Source: Flavobacteriales bacterium
GTDB lineage: Bacteria; Bacteroidota; Bacteroidia; Flavobacteriales_F; PHOS-HE28
DNA length: 64,000 nucleotides
Assembly: GCA_024103275.1 (NCBI GenBank)
Contig: JAGFIV010000094.1
Span: forward strand, 1,508 to 65,507
Reading direction: 5' to 3'
Of the stretch, positions 27,161-36,485 are shown in pieces. Both the position numbers and the translations under genes were made by a program. The notes beneath the pieces were generated by a model. It was given only the letters and a program-made list of their open reading frames with translations. It was not told the origin of the DNA and searched no databases. How positions within the stretch are numbered: position 1 is the first letter of the stretch; each line of letters begins with the position of its first letter.

Positions 27161-30100
27161 GGGTTCAGGACGATCGGTCCATGGGATGCGATCACGGGCT
27201 TGCCCCATTTCTCCTTCGCCCGGTCCACCAGGAAGTACACCATGGGCACGAGGAACAGGGTGAGCGCCAGCGAGGACAGCAGCCCGCCGATGATCACCCA
27301 CGCCAGGCCGTTCTTCCACTCGGCGGCGGTGCCGCTGGCCAAGGCGATGGGCAGCATGCCGATGGCCATGGATAGCGTGGTCATCAGGATGGGCCGCATG
27401 CGCCCCTTGGATGCCTCTATGATCGCCTCCCGGAAGGGCTTCCCGGCCTCCTTCAGCTGGTTGGTGAAGTCCACGATGAGGATGGAGTTCTTGGTGACCA
27501 GGCCCATGAGCATGATGAGGCCCAGCAACGCGAAGAGGCTGAGGTGGCTCATGGACAGGTTGAGCGCGAGGAAGGCGCCGATGGCCGCCACGGGGATGGC
27601 GAAGAGCGCCACGAAGGGATAGATGTAGCTGTCGTACAGCGCCACCATGATCAGATAGATGAGGATGAACGAGATGAGCAGCACGGACCCCAGGGCGCCG
27701 AAGCTGTCGTTCTGCCGCTTGATGTCGCTGCCCCAGGCCATCTGCACGCCGGCGGGCAGGGGGTTGGCCCGCACGTAGGCCACCACGTCGTCGGCCACGG
27801 AGCCGGACGGACGGCCCAAGGCGTCGGCGGTGAGCGTGACGGCCGGCTGGCGGTCCAGGCGCTCCAGCAGCGAGGGGGCGTTGGCGCGCCGGATGTCCGC
27901 GAACTGCGATACCTCCACGGGCATGCCCTTGGGGTTGACCACGGTGAGGCGGCGCACGTCGTTGATGTTGCGGCGATCGAAGGCATCGAGGCGGATGTTC
28001 ACCGGGTATTCGGTACCGTCCTCGGTGAGCGTGGCATCGTCGTTGCCGCTGAAGGCAGTGCGCAGGTTCATGCCCACGTAAGCGGTGGACAGGCCGAGCC
28101 GCTGCATGCGGTCCTTGTCGGGCACAACCGTCAGCTCGGGGCTTCCCTCCTCCACCGACAAGCGCACGTTGTCGGCGCCGGGGATGGCGGCCACCGCCGC
28201 CTGCAGGCCTTGCGCCGAGGCCATCACCTGCCGCGGGTCGCTGCCGCTGAGGGTGATCTCGATGGGCGCGGAGCGGGGAATGAGCCCCAGCCCGGCGATG
28301 CCGATGCTGACCCCGGCGTGGCGTTCGGCCAGCTGTTCGCGGTAGCGGCGCATCACTTGCTCCGTGGACTGCCCATGGATCTCCTTCTTCGGCTTCAGCT
28401 GGATGGTGAACTCGCTCCGGTTGGCCGCTCCCACGCCCAAGCTGCCGATGCCGGTGCTGGGGCCGCCCACGTTGCTGAACAGGGTGGACACCTCGGGCTG
28501 CTGCAGGATGAAGTCCTCGATCTGCCGCGACACCCGGTCGTTCTCCTGGATGGACGTGCCCTTGTCGAACTCGAGGGTCATGCGGAACTTGCCCTGGTCG
28601 CCGGTGGCGATGAGCTCCTTGCCGATGATGTCCTGTTGCATCATGGCCGCCGTGCCGGCGAAGAGCAGGAGCACGAAGGCGGTGAAGGCGAGCTTGTGCC
28701 CCAGCACCCATTGCAGCGCGCCGCCGTACCATTGGATGAAGCGGTCCAACTGATGCTCGAACCAGAGCAGGAAGCGGTTGAACAGGGTGGTGGGCCGCAG
28801 GTTGTCCTTTTCGCCGATGCGCGAGGCCAGCCACGGGGTGAGCGTGAAGCCCACGAGCAGGCTGGTGAGCACGGTGACCACCACCACCACGGCGAACTGC
28901 TTGAGCATGTCGGCCACGAACACCTGCAGGAAGAGGATGGGCACGAACACCACCACGTCCACGAGGGTGATCGACACGGCGGAGAAGCCGATCTCCATGC
29001 GGCCCTCCAAGGATGCCCGGCGCTTCTCCTTGCCCATGTCCAGGTGGCGCTGGATGTTCTCCAGTACCACGGTGGCGTCGTCCACCAGCACGCCGATCAC
29101 CAGCGACATGGCCAGCAGGGTCATCAGGTTGAGCGTGTAGCCCAGCAGCCACATGGCGCCGAAGGCCGTGATCAGCGAGGTGGGGATGGCCACCGCCACG
29201 ATGAGCGAGTTGCGGAAGCTGCGCAGGAAGAGCAGCATGACCAGCGACACGAGGATGACCGCCAGGATGAGGTCGAAGACCACGGAGTTGACGGCGGCGA
29301 TGGTGTTGTCCGTGCTGTCGTCCGTGACGGTGAAGCGCACCCCGTCGGCCGCATTGCGCTCCATGATCTCGGCGAACTTGGCATGCACGGCACGGGACAT
29401 GTCCACCGCGTTGGCATCGCCCTGCTTCTTGATCAGCAGGCCGATGCCGTTGGTGCCGTTGAAGCGGCTCACCGAGCTGGTCTCCTTGATGCCATCGTGC
29501 ACCTGCGCCACGTCGCGCACATACACGGGGCTTCCGGGCACGGGCATGGCCACCTGCACGCCGCCGATGTCGTCCACCGTGGCGAAGCGGCCCACCAGCC
29601 GCACCGTGCTGCTTTGCGCCTGCGTCTCCACGCTGCCTGCGGGCAGGTCGATGCCTGCGCGGTTGATGGCTTCCGTCACTTGCAGCAGCGAAAGGCCGTG
29701 GAGCTTCAGCTTCTCCCGGTCCACTTTCACCTGGAACTCCCGTTCCTCGCCGCCCAGCAGGGTGACCTCGGCCACGCCCTTGATCTGCTGCACCTGCGGC
29801 AGGTACTCGTCCTGCATGCGGCGGTAGAATTCAGTCCCGGGCAGCGAGCTGGTAGCGATCACCGACATGACCGGCAGGTCGTTGGGCGACACCTTGCTCA
29901 TCACCGGGCTCTGGATGTCCTGCGGCAGGTCCTTGCGGATGTTGTCGATGTAGCGCTGCGCATCCTGCATGGTGCGGTCCAGGTCGGTGCCGTACTTCAG
30001 GTTGGCGATGACCACCGAGGCGTTGGGCAGCGATTTGGTGACGAGGAAGTCCACACCCTCCAGGTTGGCGAGCGCGTCCTCGATCTTGCGCGACACCGAC

Positions 30101-30282
30101 GTCTCCACCTCGTTGGGCTCGGCGCCGGGGTACACCGTGCGGATCACCACCACGGGCTGGTTGAAGTCGGGCATGAGCTCGTAGCTGAGGTTCATGAACC
30201 CGATGACCCCCACCAGCGCGAAGACGCTGAACAGGACGACGATCAGCGACGGCCTCCGGATCGATAGTTCAGTGATGTTCAT
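27157..30282 (-). CDS. RND efflux transporter permease (AcrB/HAE1-like)
   Basis: 1041 aa. MNITELSIRRPSLIVVLFSVFALVGV is the canonical N-terminus. The size and 12-TM layout are typical of AcrB. Confidence 0.93.
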   Translation of the reverse strand: MNITELSIRRPSLIVVLFSVFALVGVIGFMNLSYELMPDFNQPVVVIRTVYPGAEPNEVETSVSRKIEDALANLEGVDFLVTKSLPNASVVIANLKYGTDLDRTMQDAQRYIDNIRKDLPQDIQSPVMSKVSPNDLPVMSVIATSSLPGTEFYRRMQDEYLPQVQQIKGVAEVTLLGGEEREFQVKVDREKLKLHGLSLLQVTEAINRAGIDLPAGSVETQAQSSTVRLVGRFATVDDIGGVQVAMPVPGSPVYVRDVAQVHDGIKETSSVSRFNGTNGIGLLIKKQGDANAVDMSRAVHAKFAEIMERNAADGVRFTVTDDSTDNTIAAVNSVVFDLILAVILVSLVMLLFLRSFRNSLIVAVAIPTSLITAFGAMWLLGYTLNLMTLLAMSLVIGVLVDDATVVLENIQRHLDMGKEKRRASLEGRMEIGFSAVSITLVDVVVFVPILFLQVFVADMLKQFAVVVVVTVLTSLLVGFTLTPWLASRIGEKDNLRPTTLFNRFLLWFEHQLDRFIQWYGGALQWVLGHKLAFTAFVLLLFAGTAAMMQQDIIGKELIATGDQGKFRMTLEFDKGTSIQENDRVSRQIEDFILQQPEVSTLFSNVGGPSTGIGSLGVGAANRSEFTIQLKPKKEIHGQSTEQVMRRYREQLAERHAGVSIGIAGLGLIPRSAPIEITLSGSDPRQVMASAQGLQAAVAAIPGADNVRLSVEEGSPELTVVPDKDRMQRLGLSTAYVGMNLRTAFSGNDDATLTEDGTEYPVNIRLDAFDRRNINDVRRLTVVNPKGMPVEVSQFADIRRANAPSLLERLDRQPAVTLTADALGRPSGSVADDVVAYVRANPLPAGVQMAWGSDIKRQNDSFGALGSVLLISFILIYLIMVALYDSYIYPFVALFAIPVAAIGAFLALNLSMSHLSLFALLGLIMLMGLVTKNSILIVDFTNQLKEAGKPFREAIIEASKGRMRPILMTTLSMAIGMLPIALASGTAAEWKNGLAWVIIGGLLSSLALTLFLVPMVYFLVDRAKEKWGKPVIASHGPIVLNP

Positions 30283-30294
30283 GGCAACAGGGGA

Positions 30295-31365
30295 TCATTG
30301 CACGGCCACGGGGGCGCCGTCGGAGAGGTTGATGAAGCCCTTGGTGACCAGGACGTCGCCCGCCTGCAGGCCCCGCTCCACCACGGAGCGCTCGCCCATG
30401 GTGGCGGCCACCTGCACGGGCTGCAGCACCGCTTTGCCGTCGCGTACCAGATACACTTGCGGGTTGCCGCCACCGACAATGGCCGATGACGGGATGACGA
30501 TGCCGCCGCCCGCGCTGCGCTGCTCCAGCTGCATCCGCCCGAACATGCCCGCACGGATCTCCAGGTCAGGCGTGTTCGCCACCTGCATCTGCACCGGATA
30601 GCGGTTGGCGGGGTCCGCCTTGCTGCCCACCAGCGTTACGCGGCCCCGCAGGTCGGAGCCCGGCAGGTTGTCCGCCGCGATGCGGTATTCCTCGCCGGTG
30701 CGGAAGCGGCCCAGGTCGCTTTCCGCCACCTGCACGGTGAAGCGCAGGCGACCGATGTCGGTGACCTGCACCAGCGGCATGCCCGGCGCGGCGAAGGCCC
30801 CGGCCTCGCTGAACTTGGCGGTGACCAGGCCATCGAAGGGCGCGCGTATGGTGGTCTTGGCGATCTGCTCCAGCAAGGTGGCCTTCTGCACCTCGGCGGC
30901 CCGCAGGCCCAGGCGCGCCTTCTCCAGCTGCACGCCCTGCACCGCATCGGCCCCGGCCAGCACGGTGAAGCGGGCCACGTCCGCCTGCAGGCCTTCCACC
31001 TGCACCTCCACGCCCTGCAATTGCAGTTGCAACAGGCTCTTGTCCTGCTGCACCAGGGCCTGCCCCTTGCGCACCCGGTCGCCCACCTCCACCAGCACCT
31101 CGCCGATCTTCCCCTGCACCTCGGCGCTCACCTTGGTCTCACGGTCCGGTTCGAACTGGCCGGTGAAGGCCCACGCCTCGGCGGCCCCGCCAGCGCGCAC
31201 GGTGTCCACCTGCACGGTGATCGCCTGGCCGGGATCGTGGTGGTACACGGTGGAGCGCGCCTCCTGCTTGTTGCGGGCCAAGCGCACCAGCACCAGGCCG
31301 GTCAACAGCAAGGGGACGAGGATGTACAGCAGCACTTTCCTCTTGTTGGTCGCGTGCGTTGCCAT
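30295..31365 (-). CDS. RND efflux periplasmic adaptor (MFP/HlyD family)
   Basis: 356 aa. It has an N-terminal transmembrane anchor, a coiled-coil hairpin and beta-barrel motifs (IRAPFDGLVT). Confidence 0.9.
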   Translation of the reverse strand: MATHATNKRKVLLYILVPLLLTGLVLVRLARNKQEARSTVYHHDPGQAITVQVDTVRAGGAAEAWAFTGQFEPDRETKVSAEVQGKIGEVLVEVGDRVRKGQALVQQDKSLLQLQLQGVEVQVEGLQADVARFTVLAGADAVQGVQLEKARLGLRAAEVQKATLLEQIAKTTIRAPFDGLVTAKFSEAGAFAAPGMPLVQVTDIGRLRFTVQVAESDLGRFRTGEEYRIAADNLPGSDLRGRVTLVGSKADPANRYPVQMQVANTPDLEIRAGMFGRMQLEQRSAGGGIVIPSSAIVGGGNPQVYLVRDGKAVLQPVQVAATMGERSVVERGLQAGDVLVTKGFINLSDGAPVAVQ

Positions 31366-31371
31366 GTTCGT

Positions 31372-32703
31372 TCAGTTGAGGGTGGTGAGGTTGCCGGTGT
31401 GCTTGCGCAGGTCGAGGTCGGCCCGCAGGAAATCGATGATGGCATCGAGGTACTCCTGCTGGGCCTCGCGCAGGACGTTGTCGGCCAGCAGGACGTCGGT
31501 GAGCGAGGCGGTGCCTTGCTGTTGCTGCAGCAAGGCCTGCCGGTAGATGGACCCCGCCAGCACCACCTGCGCCGCGCGGTCGTTGATGAAGGCCCGTGCG
31601 ATCTCGCGCTCGCGGCGGGCGCTTTGCGCCTGCACCCCGTTCTGCTCGGTGAGCAGCGCATAGCGCAGTTCGTTGTTGCGCAGCTCCAGCTCCTTCTGCC
31701 GCGCCTTGCGGTGCACCACCGTGCCGCCGAACAGCGGATAGGACAATTGCAGGCCACCGAAGCCCACCGGATGGAAGGTGAGGAACTCGTTCGGTGCCTT
31801 GTCGTAGCCGAAGCCGTTGGTGCCGTACGATGCGAACAGCCGCAGCGAGGGCAGGTAGCCCGAGCGCCGGATGGTGCGCAGCTCGGTGTTCAACAGATAG
31901 CCTTGGTGCTTCAGCAGTTCCAGCTCGGCAACGGTGGCTCCGGCGTAGGTCCTTTCCGGGTCGAACCGCACTTCCGGATCGATCGCGAAGGGGCGCTCCG
32001 CCGGCAGGCCGATGGCCAGTTTCAACGCGTCCAATACCTGTTGGTATTTGCTGTCCACCTGGGCCCGGCGGGTGGTGAGCTGGTCGCGCTGCAGGCGCAC
32101 CTTGCCCACGTCGGTGCCCGTGGCCATCAATTGGCCGTGCAGCAATTCCATGTTGCGCAGCAGGGCGATGGCATTCACCAGGTTGCTGTCCAGGTAGGCG
32201 CGCTGGTGGTGCAGCACCACGGCGTTGTAGTACAGCCCGGCGACCTCCACGAAGAGCTCGTCCTGCGTCTTGCTGTACTGCAGGCCGGCCAGGTCCACGC
32301 CTTGCCCGGCCATGTCCACCGCGCCGTGCAGCTGCGGATCGTAGATCGGCAAGGCCAGTTGCAGGTTGGCGTTGATGTTGTGCGGCACGCCGAACTGCGC
32401 CTCCTTGAACTGGCCCTCGGGGGCCATGGGATTGAAGGTGGAGAGCGGCATGAACTGCACCGGCATGTCGGTGAAATACTTGTACTCGGCATTGGCCGTG
32501 AGCTTGGGCAGGCGGTTGGCCTTGGCCTCCTGCTCGCGCTGCCGCCCGCGCTCCAGGTCGTTGCGGCCGATGAGCAGGCCCTTGTTGCGCACCACGGCCG
32601 TGTCCAGGCACTGCTTCAGCGTCCATGCCGACTGGGCCTGCACGGCCGGCCATGCCGCGATCAGTAGGGCGGTCATCACGTGTTTGCGAATGTTCACTAA
32701 CAT
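31372..32703 (-). CDS. TolC-family outer-membrane efflux protein
   Basis: 443 aa with a signal peptide. The opening WTLKQCLDTAVVRNKGL is typical of TolC. It is the first structural gene of the efflux operon. Confidence 0.88.
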   Translation of the reverse strand: MLVNIRKHVMTALLIAAWPAVQAQSAWTLKQCLDTAVVRNKGLLIGRNDLERGRQREQEAKANRLPKLTANAEYKYFTDMPVQFMPLSTFNPMAPEGQFKEAQFGVPHNINANLQLALPIYDPQLHGAVDMAGQGVDLAGLQYSKTQDELFVEVAGLYYNAVVLHHQRAYLDSNLVNAIALLRNMELLHGQLMATGTDVGKVRLQRDQLTTRRAQVDSKYQQVLDALKLAIGLPAERPFAIDPEVRFDPERTYAGATVAELELLKHQGYLLNTELRTIRRSGYLPSLRLFASYGTNGFGYDKAPNEFLTFHPVGFGGLQLSYPLFGGTVVHRKARQKELELRNNELRYALLTEQNGVQAQSARREREIARAFINDRAAQVVLAGSIYRQALLQQQQGTASLTDVLLADNVLREAQQEYLDAIIDFLRADLDLRKHTGNLTTLN

Positions 32704-32710
32704 GATTGGG

Positions 32711-32718
32711 CAAATTTT
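32711..32718 (-). promoter_or_regulatory. -7-like box AAAATTTG 7 nt upstream of the tolC-like ATG
   Basis: The minus strand reads AAAAAAATTTGCCCAATCATG. The same AAAATTTG(N)CCCA context recurs upstream of tetR. Confidence 0.3.
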
Positions 32719-32809
32719 TTTGACACTCAGGATCGCGTTGCTTAGCGGCTGTTCCGCCGGATGCCAGCCTGGGGTTTCTTCATTTCCTGCATGGCCATCA
32801 TCCGGTCCG

Positions 32810-33400
32810 TCATTTCGTTTCCACCATTTTCAGGATGCCGTCCAGCACCGTGCGGCCGTCCTTCACCAGGTTGGAGCGGTGGCCCGACAGTTTCCACTTC
32901 AGCACCACCAGGCGCATGCTGCCGATGATGATGGTGGCCAGCGTGCCCACCCCGATCGCCTTGCCGTACTCGCCGCGCTTCTGTCCGGCCTCCACGTTGC
33001 ACCGCACATGGCCCTGCATCAGGTCCATGATCTCGCCCACCTTGGCGCTGAGCGTCTTGTCGAAATGGAATATGTTCTCGGCGAAGATCACGCTGATCAC
33101 CGAGGGCTGTTTCGTAAAAGCACGCAACTGCGAATCGAACAGCGCCCGGAGCTCCTCTCCTGCTGAGGCATAGGTCGGTCCCATCACCTTCCCCAAGCGG
33201 GTCTTCATCTCCTCGGCGAAGTAGTGGAGCAGGCCCAGCAGGATGGCGTTCTTGCCCTCGAAGTGCCTGTACAGGGCCGGCTCGGAAAGCTCCATGTCGG
33301 CGGCCAGGTTCTTGATCGTCAAGTTCTGGATGCCGTGCTGGTCAATCCGCTTGGTAGCGGCCTCGATGATCTCCACTTGGCGTTCGGTAAAGGCTTCCAT
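32810..33400 (-). CDS. TetR/AcrR-family transcriptional regulator
   Basis: 196 aa. The N-terminal HTH reads IIEAATKRIDQHGIQNLTIKNLAADMELSEPALYRHF. The gene heads the efflux operon. Confidence 0.9.
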   Translation of the reverse strand: MEAFTERQVEIIEAATKRIDQHGIQNLTIKNLAADMELSEPALYRHFEGKNAILLGLLHYFAEEMKTRLGKVMGPTYASAGEELRALFDSQLRAFTKQPSVISVIFAENIFHFDKTLSAKVGEIMDLMQGHVRCNVEAGQKRGEYGKAIGVGTLATIIIGSMRLVVLKWKLSGHRSNLVKDGRTVLDGILKMVETK

Positions 33401-33457
33401 GGTGTTCGGTCCGGTCTTGCGGGGACAAAGTTAGTTAGTGTTTACTCACATGGGCAA

Positions 33458-33465
33458 CAAATTTT
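33458..33465 (-). promoter_or_regulatory. -7-like box AAAATTTG upstream of tetR, in the divergent control region
   Basis: The minus strand reads TGAAAAATTTGTTGCCCATG, 57 nt upstream of ATG 33400. It lies in the low-GC patch 33425..33480. Confidence 0.3.
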
Positions 33466-33526
33466 TCATACCCTCTTTTATACCGCCCTGAAATCCATCG
33501 GGGCCGCCTGTGCTTTCTTTGGTCCC

Positions 33527-34405
33527 ATGGGCGCCATCGCCTACTACCTCGCCCTCCCCTTCCTCTACGGCATCTCCCTGTTGCCGTTCCGGGCGCTGTA
33601 CGTGCTGAGCGACCTGGTGCAGGCGCTGGTGTTCGGGCTCCTGGGCTACCGGCTGAAGGTGGTGCGGCAAAACCTGCGCAACAGCTTCCCGGAGAAAAGC
33701 GACGCCGAGCTGAAGCGGATCGAGAAGGAGTTCCGCCAATGGTTCTGCGACCTGATACTGGAGACCTTGAAGACGCTCACGATCTCCCCGTCGCAAGCGA
33801 TGAAACGGATCTCGGTGGAAGGTGACGAGGTGGTGAAACACTACTTCGATGCCGGCCGAAGCGTGATCCTGGTAATGGGCCACTGGGGCAATTGGGAGCT
33901 GGGCGGGGCGCGCTTCAGCCAGCTGCCCTACCACCACCTGAACGTGATCTATCACCCGTTGGAGAACAAGCACTTCAACCGCCTGGTCGAGCGGATGCGG
34001 ATGCGGCTGGGCAACGGCCTTTACCCGATGAAGGACACGGTGCGGTGCATGTTGCGCGACAAGAAACTGCTTACCGCCACGGCCTTCATCGCCGATCAAA
34101 CACCCGCCCCGGGGCACGCCTACTGGACCACCTTCCTGAACCAGGACACACCTGTCTTTTGGGGCACCGAGACGATCGCCCGCAAACTCGGCTACCCGGT
34201 GATCTACCTCGGCATCGACCGGCCCCGGCGCGGATACTACCACATGCGCTTCGAGCTGCTGGAGGCCGAGCCCGCCAACACGCCAGAGGGCGATATCAGC
34301 GAGCGGCACACGCGGCGCCTGGAACAGGACATCCGCAGCCGCCCGGCCATCTGGCTGTGGACCCACCGCAGGTGGAAACACCGGCGGCCCACCCGCCAAG
34401 TGTAA
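33527..34405 (+). CDS. LpxL/HtrB-family lipid A (Kdo2-lipid IVA) late acyltransferase-like protein
   Basis: Track ORF 33224..34405. Start reset to ATG 33527 (MGAIAYYLALPFLYGISLLPFRALYVLSDL). Includes VILVMGHWGNWELG (the HX4-type acyltransferase motif) and a lauroyl-acyltransferase-like layout. Confidence 0.8.
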   Translation: MGAIAYYLALPFLYGISLLPFRALYVLSDLVQALVFGLLGYRLKVVRQNLRNSFPEKSDAELKRIEKEFRQWFCDLILETLKTLTISPSQAMKRISVEGDEVVKHYFDAGRSVILVMGHWGNWELGGARFSQLPYHHLNVIYHPLENKHFNRLVERMRMRLGNGLYPMKDTVRCMLRDKKLLTATAFIADQTPAPGHAYWTTFLNQDTPVFWGTETIARKLGYPVIYLGIDRPRRGYYHMRFELLEAEPANTPEGDISERHTRRLEQDIRSRPAIWLWTHRRWKHRRPTRQV

Positions 34406-34416
34406 CTTCGCAGCCC

Positions 34417-35397
34417 ATGCTTGAAGGTAGAGATCTTATCCTGGCCACTCGTGCCTATGCCAAGGAATACCGCGGCCGCAGTTGGTGGCACCTGATCATC
34501 ACCCTGGTGGTGCTGGCCGCCGGCTACACCGGCGTTTTCCTGCCCACGCCCCTCTGGGCCAAACTGGTCTGCACCGTGCTGGTGGCCCTGACCTTGGGGC
34601 GCATGTTCGTGCTCTACCACGATTTCCTGCACCAGAGCATCCTCCACAACTCCAAGGCGGCCAAGGGCATCTTCACCGTGTTCGGCTGGTACATGCTGGC
34701 CCCGGTAAGCATTTGGGAACGCAGCCACAATTACCACCATGCCCACAATTGCAAGCTGTACACCAGCAGCATCGGCTCCTACCCCGTGGTGACCAAGGAG
34801 AAGTACCTGGCCTCGCCCAAGGGCGAACGCACCGTGTACATGTTCGTCCGCCACCCCATCACCATCGGGCTGGGCTACATCTTCATGTTCATCTACGGCA
34901 TGTGCATCCGGTCCATCATGAGCAATACGGGGAAGCACTGGGACAGCATCGTCGCCCTGGTGTTCCACTTCGCCATCGGCACGGGCATCTTCCTGCTGGC
35001 CGGATGGGCCGGCCTGGTGTTCGGTTTCCTTATCCCCTTCATCATCAGTCTGGGGCTGGGCTCCTACCTCTTCTATGCCCAGCACAATTTCCCCGGCGTG
35101 CAGTATGCTGAGAAGGACGGCTGGACCTACCATGATGCGGCGCTCAGCAGCAGCAGCCACATGAAGATGAGCCCGGTGATGCGCTGGTTCCTGGCCAACA
35201 TCGGCTACCACCACATCCACCACCTGAACCCGCGCATCCCCTTCTACCGCCTGCCCGAGGCCTACAAGGCCATCCCGGAACTGCAATTGGCCAAGACCAC
35301 CACGCTGCTGCCTTGGGACGTGGTGAAGTGCCTGCGGTTGAAGGTGTGGGACCCGGTGCAGCAGCGCATGCTCAAGCGCAGCGAGATCTACGCCTGA
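34417..35397 (+). CDS. Membrane fatty-acid desaturase (three His boxes)
   Basis: Track ORF 33892..35397. Start reset to ATG 34417. The His boxes are HDFLH, HNYHH and HHIHH. Only 11 nt separate it from the acyltransferase stop. Confidence 0.85.
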   Translation: MLEGRDLILATRAYAKEYRGRSWWHLIITLVVLAAGYTGVFLPTPLWAKLVCTVLVALTLGRMFVLYHDFLHQSILHNSKAAKGIFTVFGWYMLAPVSIWERSHNYHHAHNCKLYTSSIGSYPVVTKEKYLASPKGERTVYMFVRHPITIGLGYIFMFIYGMCIRSIMSNTGKHWDSIVALVFHFAIGTGIFLLAGWAGLVFGFLIPFIISLGLGSYLFYAQHNFPGVQYAEKDGWTYHDAALSSSSHMKMSPVMRWFLANIGYHHIHHLNPRIPFYRLPEAYKAIPELQLAKTTTLLPWDVVKCLRLKVWDPVQQRMLKRSEIYA

Positions 35398-35500
35398 GCG
35401 GTACGGTACAAGCGGCGACACCGGCACACCAACGGCCCGGCGGCCCGGGAACCGGCCGCTATCTTCGCCCCCACCGGGTCGCCAAGGTCCGGCCACGCAC

Positions 35501-36442
35501 ATGCTCAGGATAGAGAACATCGTTAAACGATACGGCGACCACCTTGCGCTGGACGGCGTGTCCATGGAGGTGCCCCAAGGCAAGATCTTCGGCCTGCTGG
35601 GCCCCAACGGTGCCGGGAAGACCACGTTGATCCGCATCATCACCCGCATCACCGGCCCGGACAGCGGGCAAGTGCTGCTGAACGGCAAGCCCATGACGGC
35701 CGCCGACGTGGAGCTCCTGGGGTATCTGCCCGAGGAACGCGGCCTGTACAAGAAGATGAAGGTGGGCGAACAGGCCCTGTACCTGGCGCGCCTCAAGGGC
35801 TTGTCCAAGCAGGATGCCACCGTACGCCTGAAGGAGTGGTTCGAGCGATGGGAGATCGCCGGGTGGTGGAACAAGAAGGTGGAGGAGCTCAGCAAGGGCA
35901 TGGCCCAGAAAGTACAGTTCATCACCACGGTGCTGCACCGGCCGGAACTGATCATCCTGGACGAACCATTCAGCGGCTTCGACCCCATCAACGCGGAGCT
36001 GATCCGCTCGGAGATCATCCGCATGAGCAAGGAGGGCACCACCGTGATGCTCAGCACCCACAACATGGGCAGCGTGGAGGAGCTGTGCGAGGAGATCGCC
36101 CTGATCGACCGCAACCATGTGGTGCTCCACGGCCCCGTCAAGGAGATCCGCAAGCGGTTCAGCAACGCCACTTTCCGCATCGATTTCACGGGCAATCCGG
36201 TGGCCTTCGCGGACGCCCTCGCCTTCCATGGCGAACTGCTGGACCATCCGGTGGACGGCACCCAATGCACCGCACGGGTGAAGCTCCTGCATGGCGCCAC
36301 CCTGAACCAGGTGCTGGCCGCCACCCTGCCCGCCGCCCAGATCACCGGCGTACGCGAGGAAGTCCCCGGCATGCATGAGATCTTCATCCGCGCCGTGAGC
36401 GACAAGGACCCGCAAAGCGTGTCAACAGGAAACACCGAATGA
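35501..36442 (+). CDS. ABC-2 type exporter ATP-binding protein (NatA-like)
   Basis: 313 aa. Motifs: GPNGAGKTT, LSKGMAQKV and ILDEPFSGFD. Confidence 0.88.
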   Translation: MLRIENIVKRYGDHLALDGVSMEVPQGKIFGLLGPNGAGKTTLIRIITRITGPDSGQVLLNGKPMTAADVELLGYLPEERGLYKKMKVGEQALYLARLKGLSKQDATVRLKEWFERWEIAGWWNKKVEELSKGMAQKVQFITTVLHRPELIILDEPFSGFDPINAELIRSEIIRMSKEGTTVMLSTHNMGSVEELCEEIALIDRNHVVLHGPVKEIRKRFSNATFRIDFTGNPVAFADALAFHGELLDHPVDGTQCTARVKLLHGATLNQVLAATLPAAQITGVREEVPGMHEIFIRAVSDKDPQSVSTGNTE

Positions 36443-36485
36443 ACCGCGCCGGCGCACCGGACGTGAAGAAGCAACACTTAGGAGC

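Noticed and set aside
27065-29152. A 695-aa minus-strand ORF in an alternative frame inside the RND gene
   Set aside because: Its composition is Arg/Pro/Gly/His-rich and not protein-like. Only its last 31 codons are meaningful, because they are the true N-terminus (signal peptide) of the LpxR-like gene upstream of the in-frame TGA.
27544-30267. A very long ORF (907 aa, plus strand) antisense to the RND permease. Similar long antisense ORFs include 124..1353, 3542..4897, 5764..7545, 8767..10509, 10680..11951, 13556..15115, 18966..20081, 21238..22560, 22726..24105, 24133..25449, 31021..32667, 42084..43544, 43520..44911, 50029..51741, 51757..53535 and 55715..56770 on the plus strand. On the minus strand they include 34237..36477, 40058..41152, 46532..48064, 57907..59577 and 62808..63740.
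   Set aside because: Their translations are dominated by R, G, H, P, A and V with no recognisable motifs. Each lies opposite a gene with clear family signatures. Stop codons are rare in the antisense frames of GC-rich DNA, so these are shadow ORFs.
33401-33526. A palindromic TetR operator in the divergent control region
   Set aside because: I found only weak partial dyads, such as GTG-TTTACT-CAC. Nothing meets the usual 6-7 bp perfect half-site standard. The shared AAAATTTG(N)CCCA motif is more simply a promoter element. Experimental footprinting is needed.
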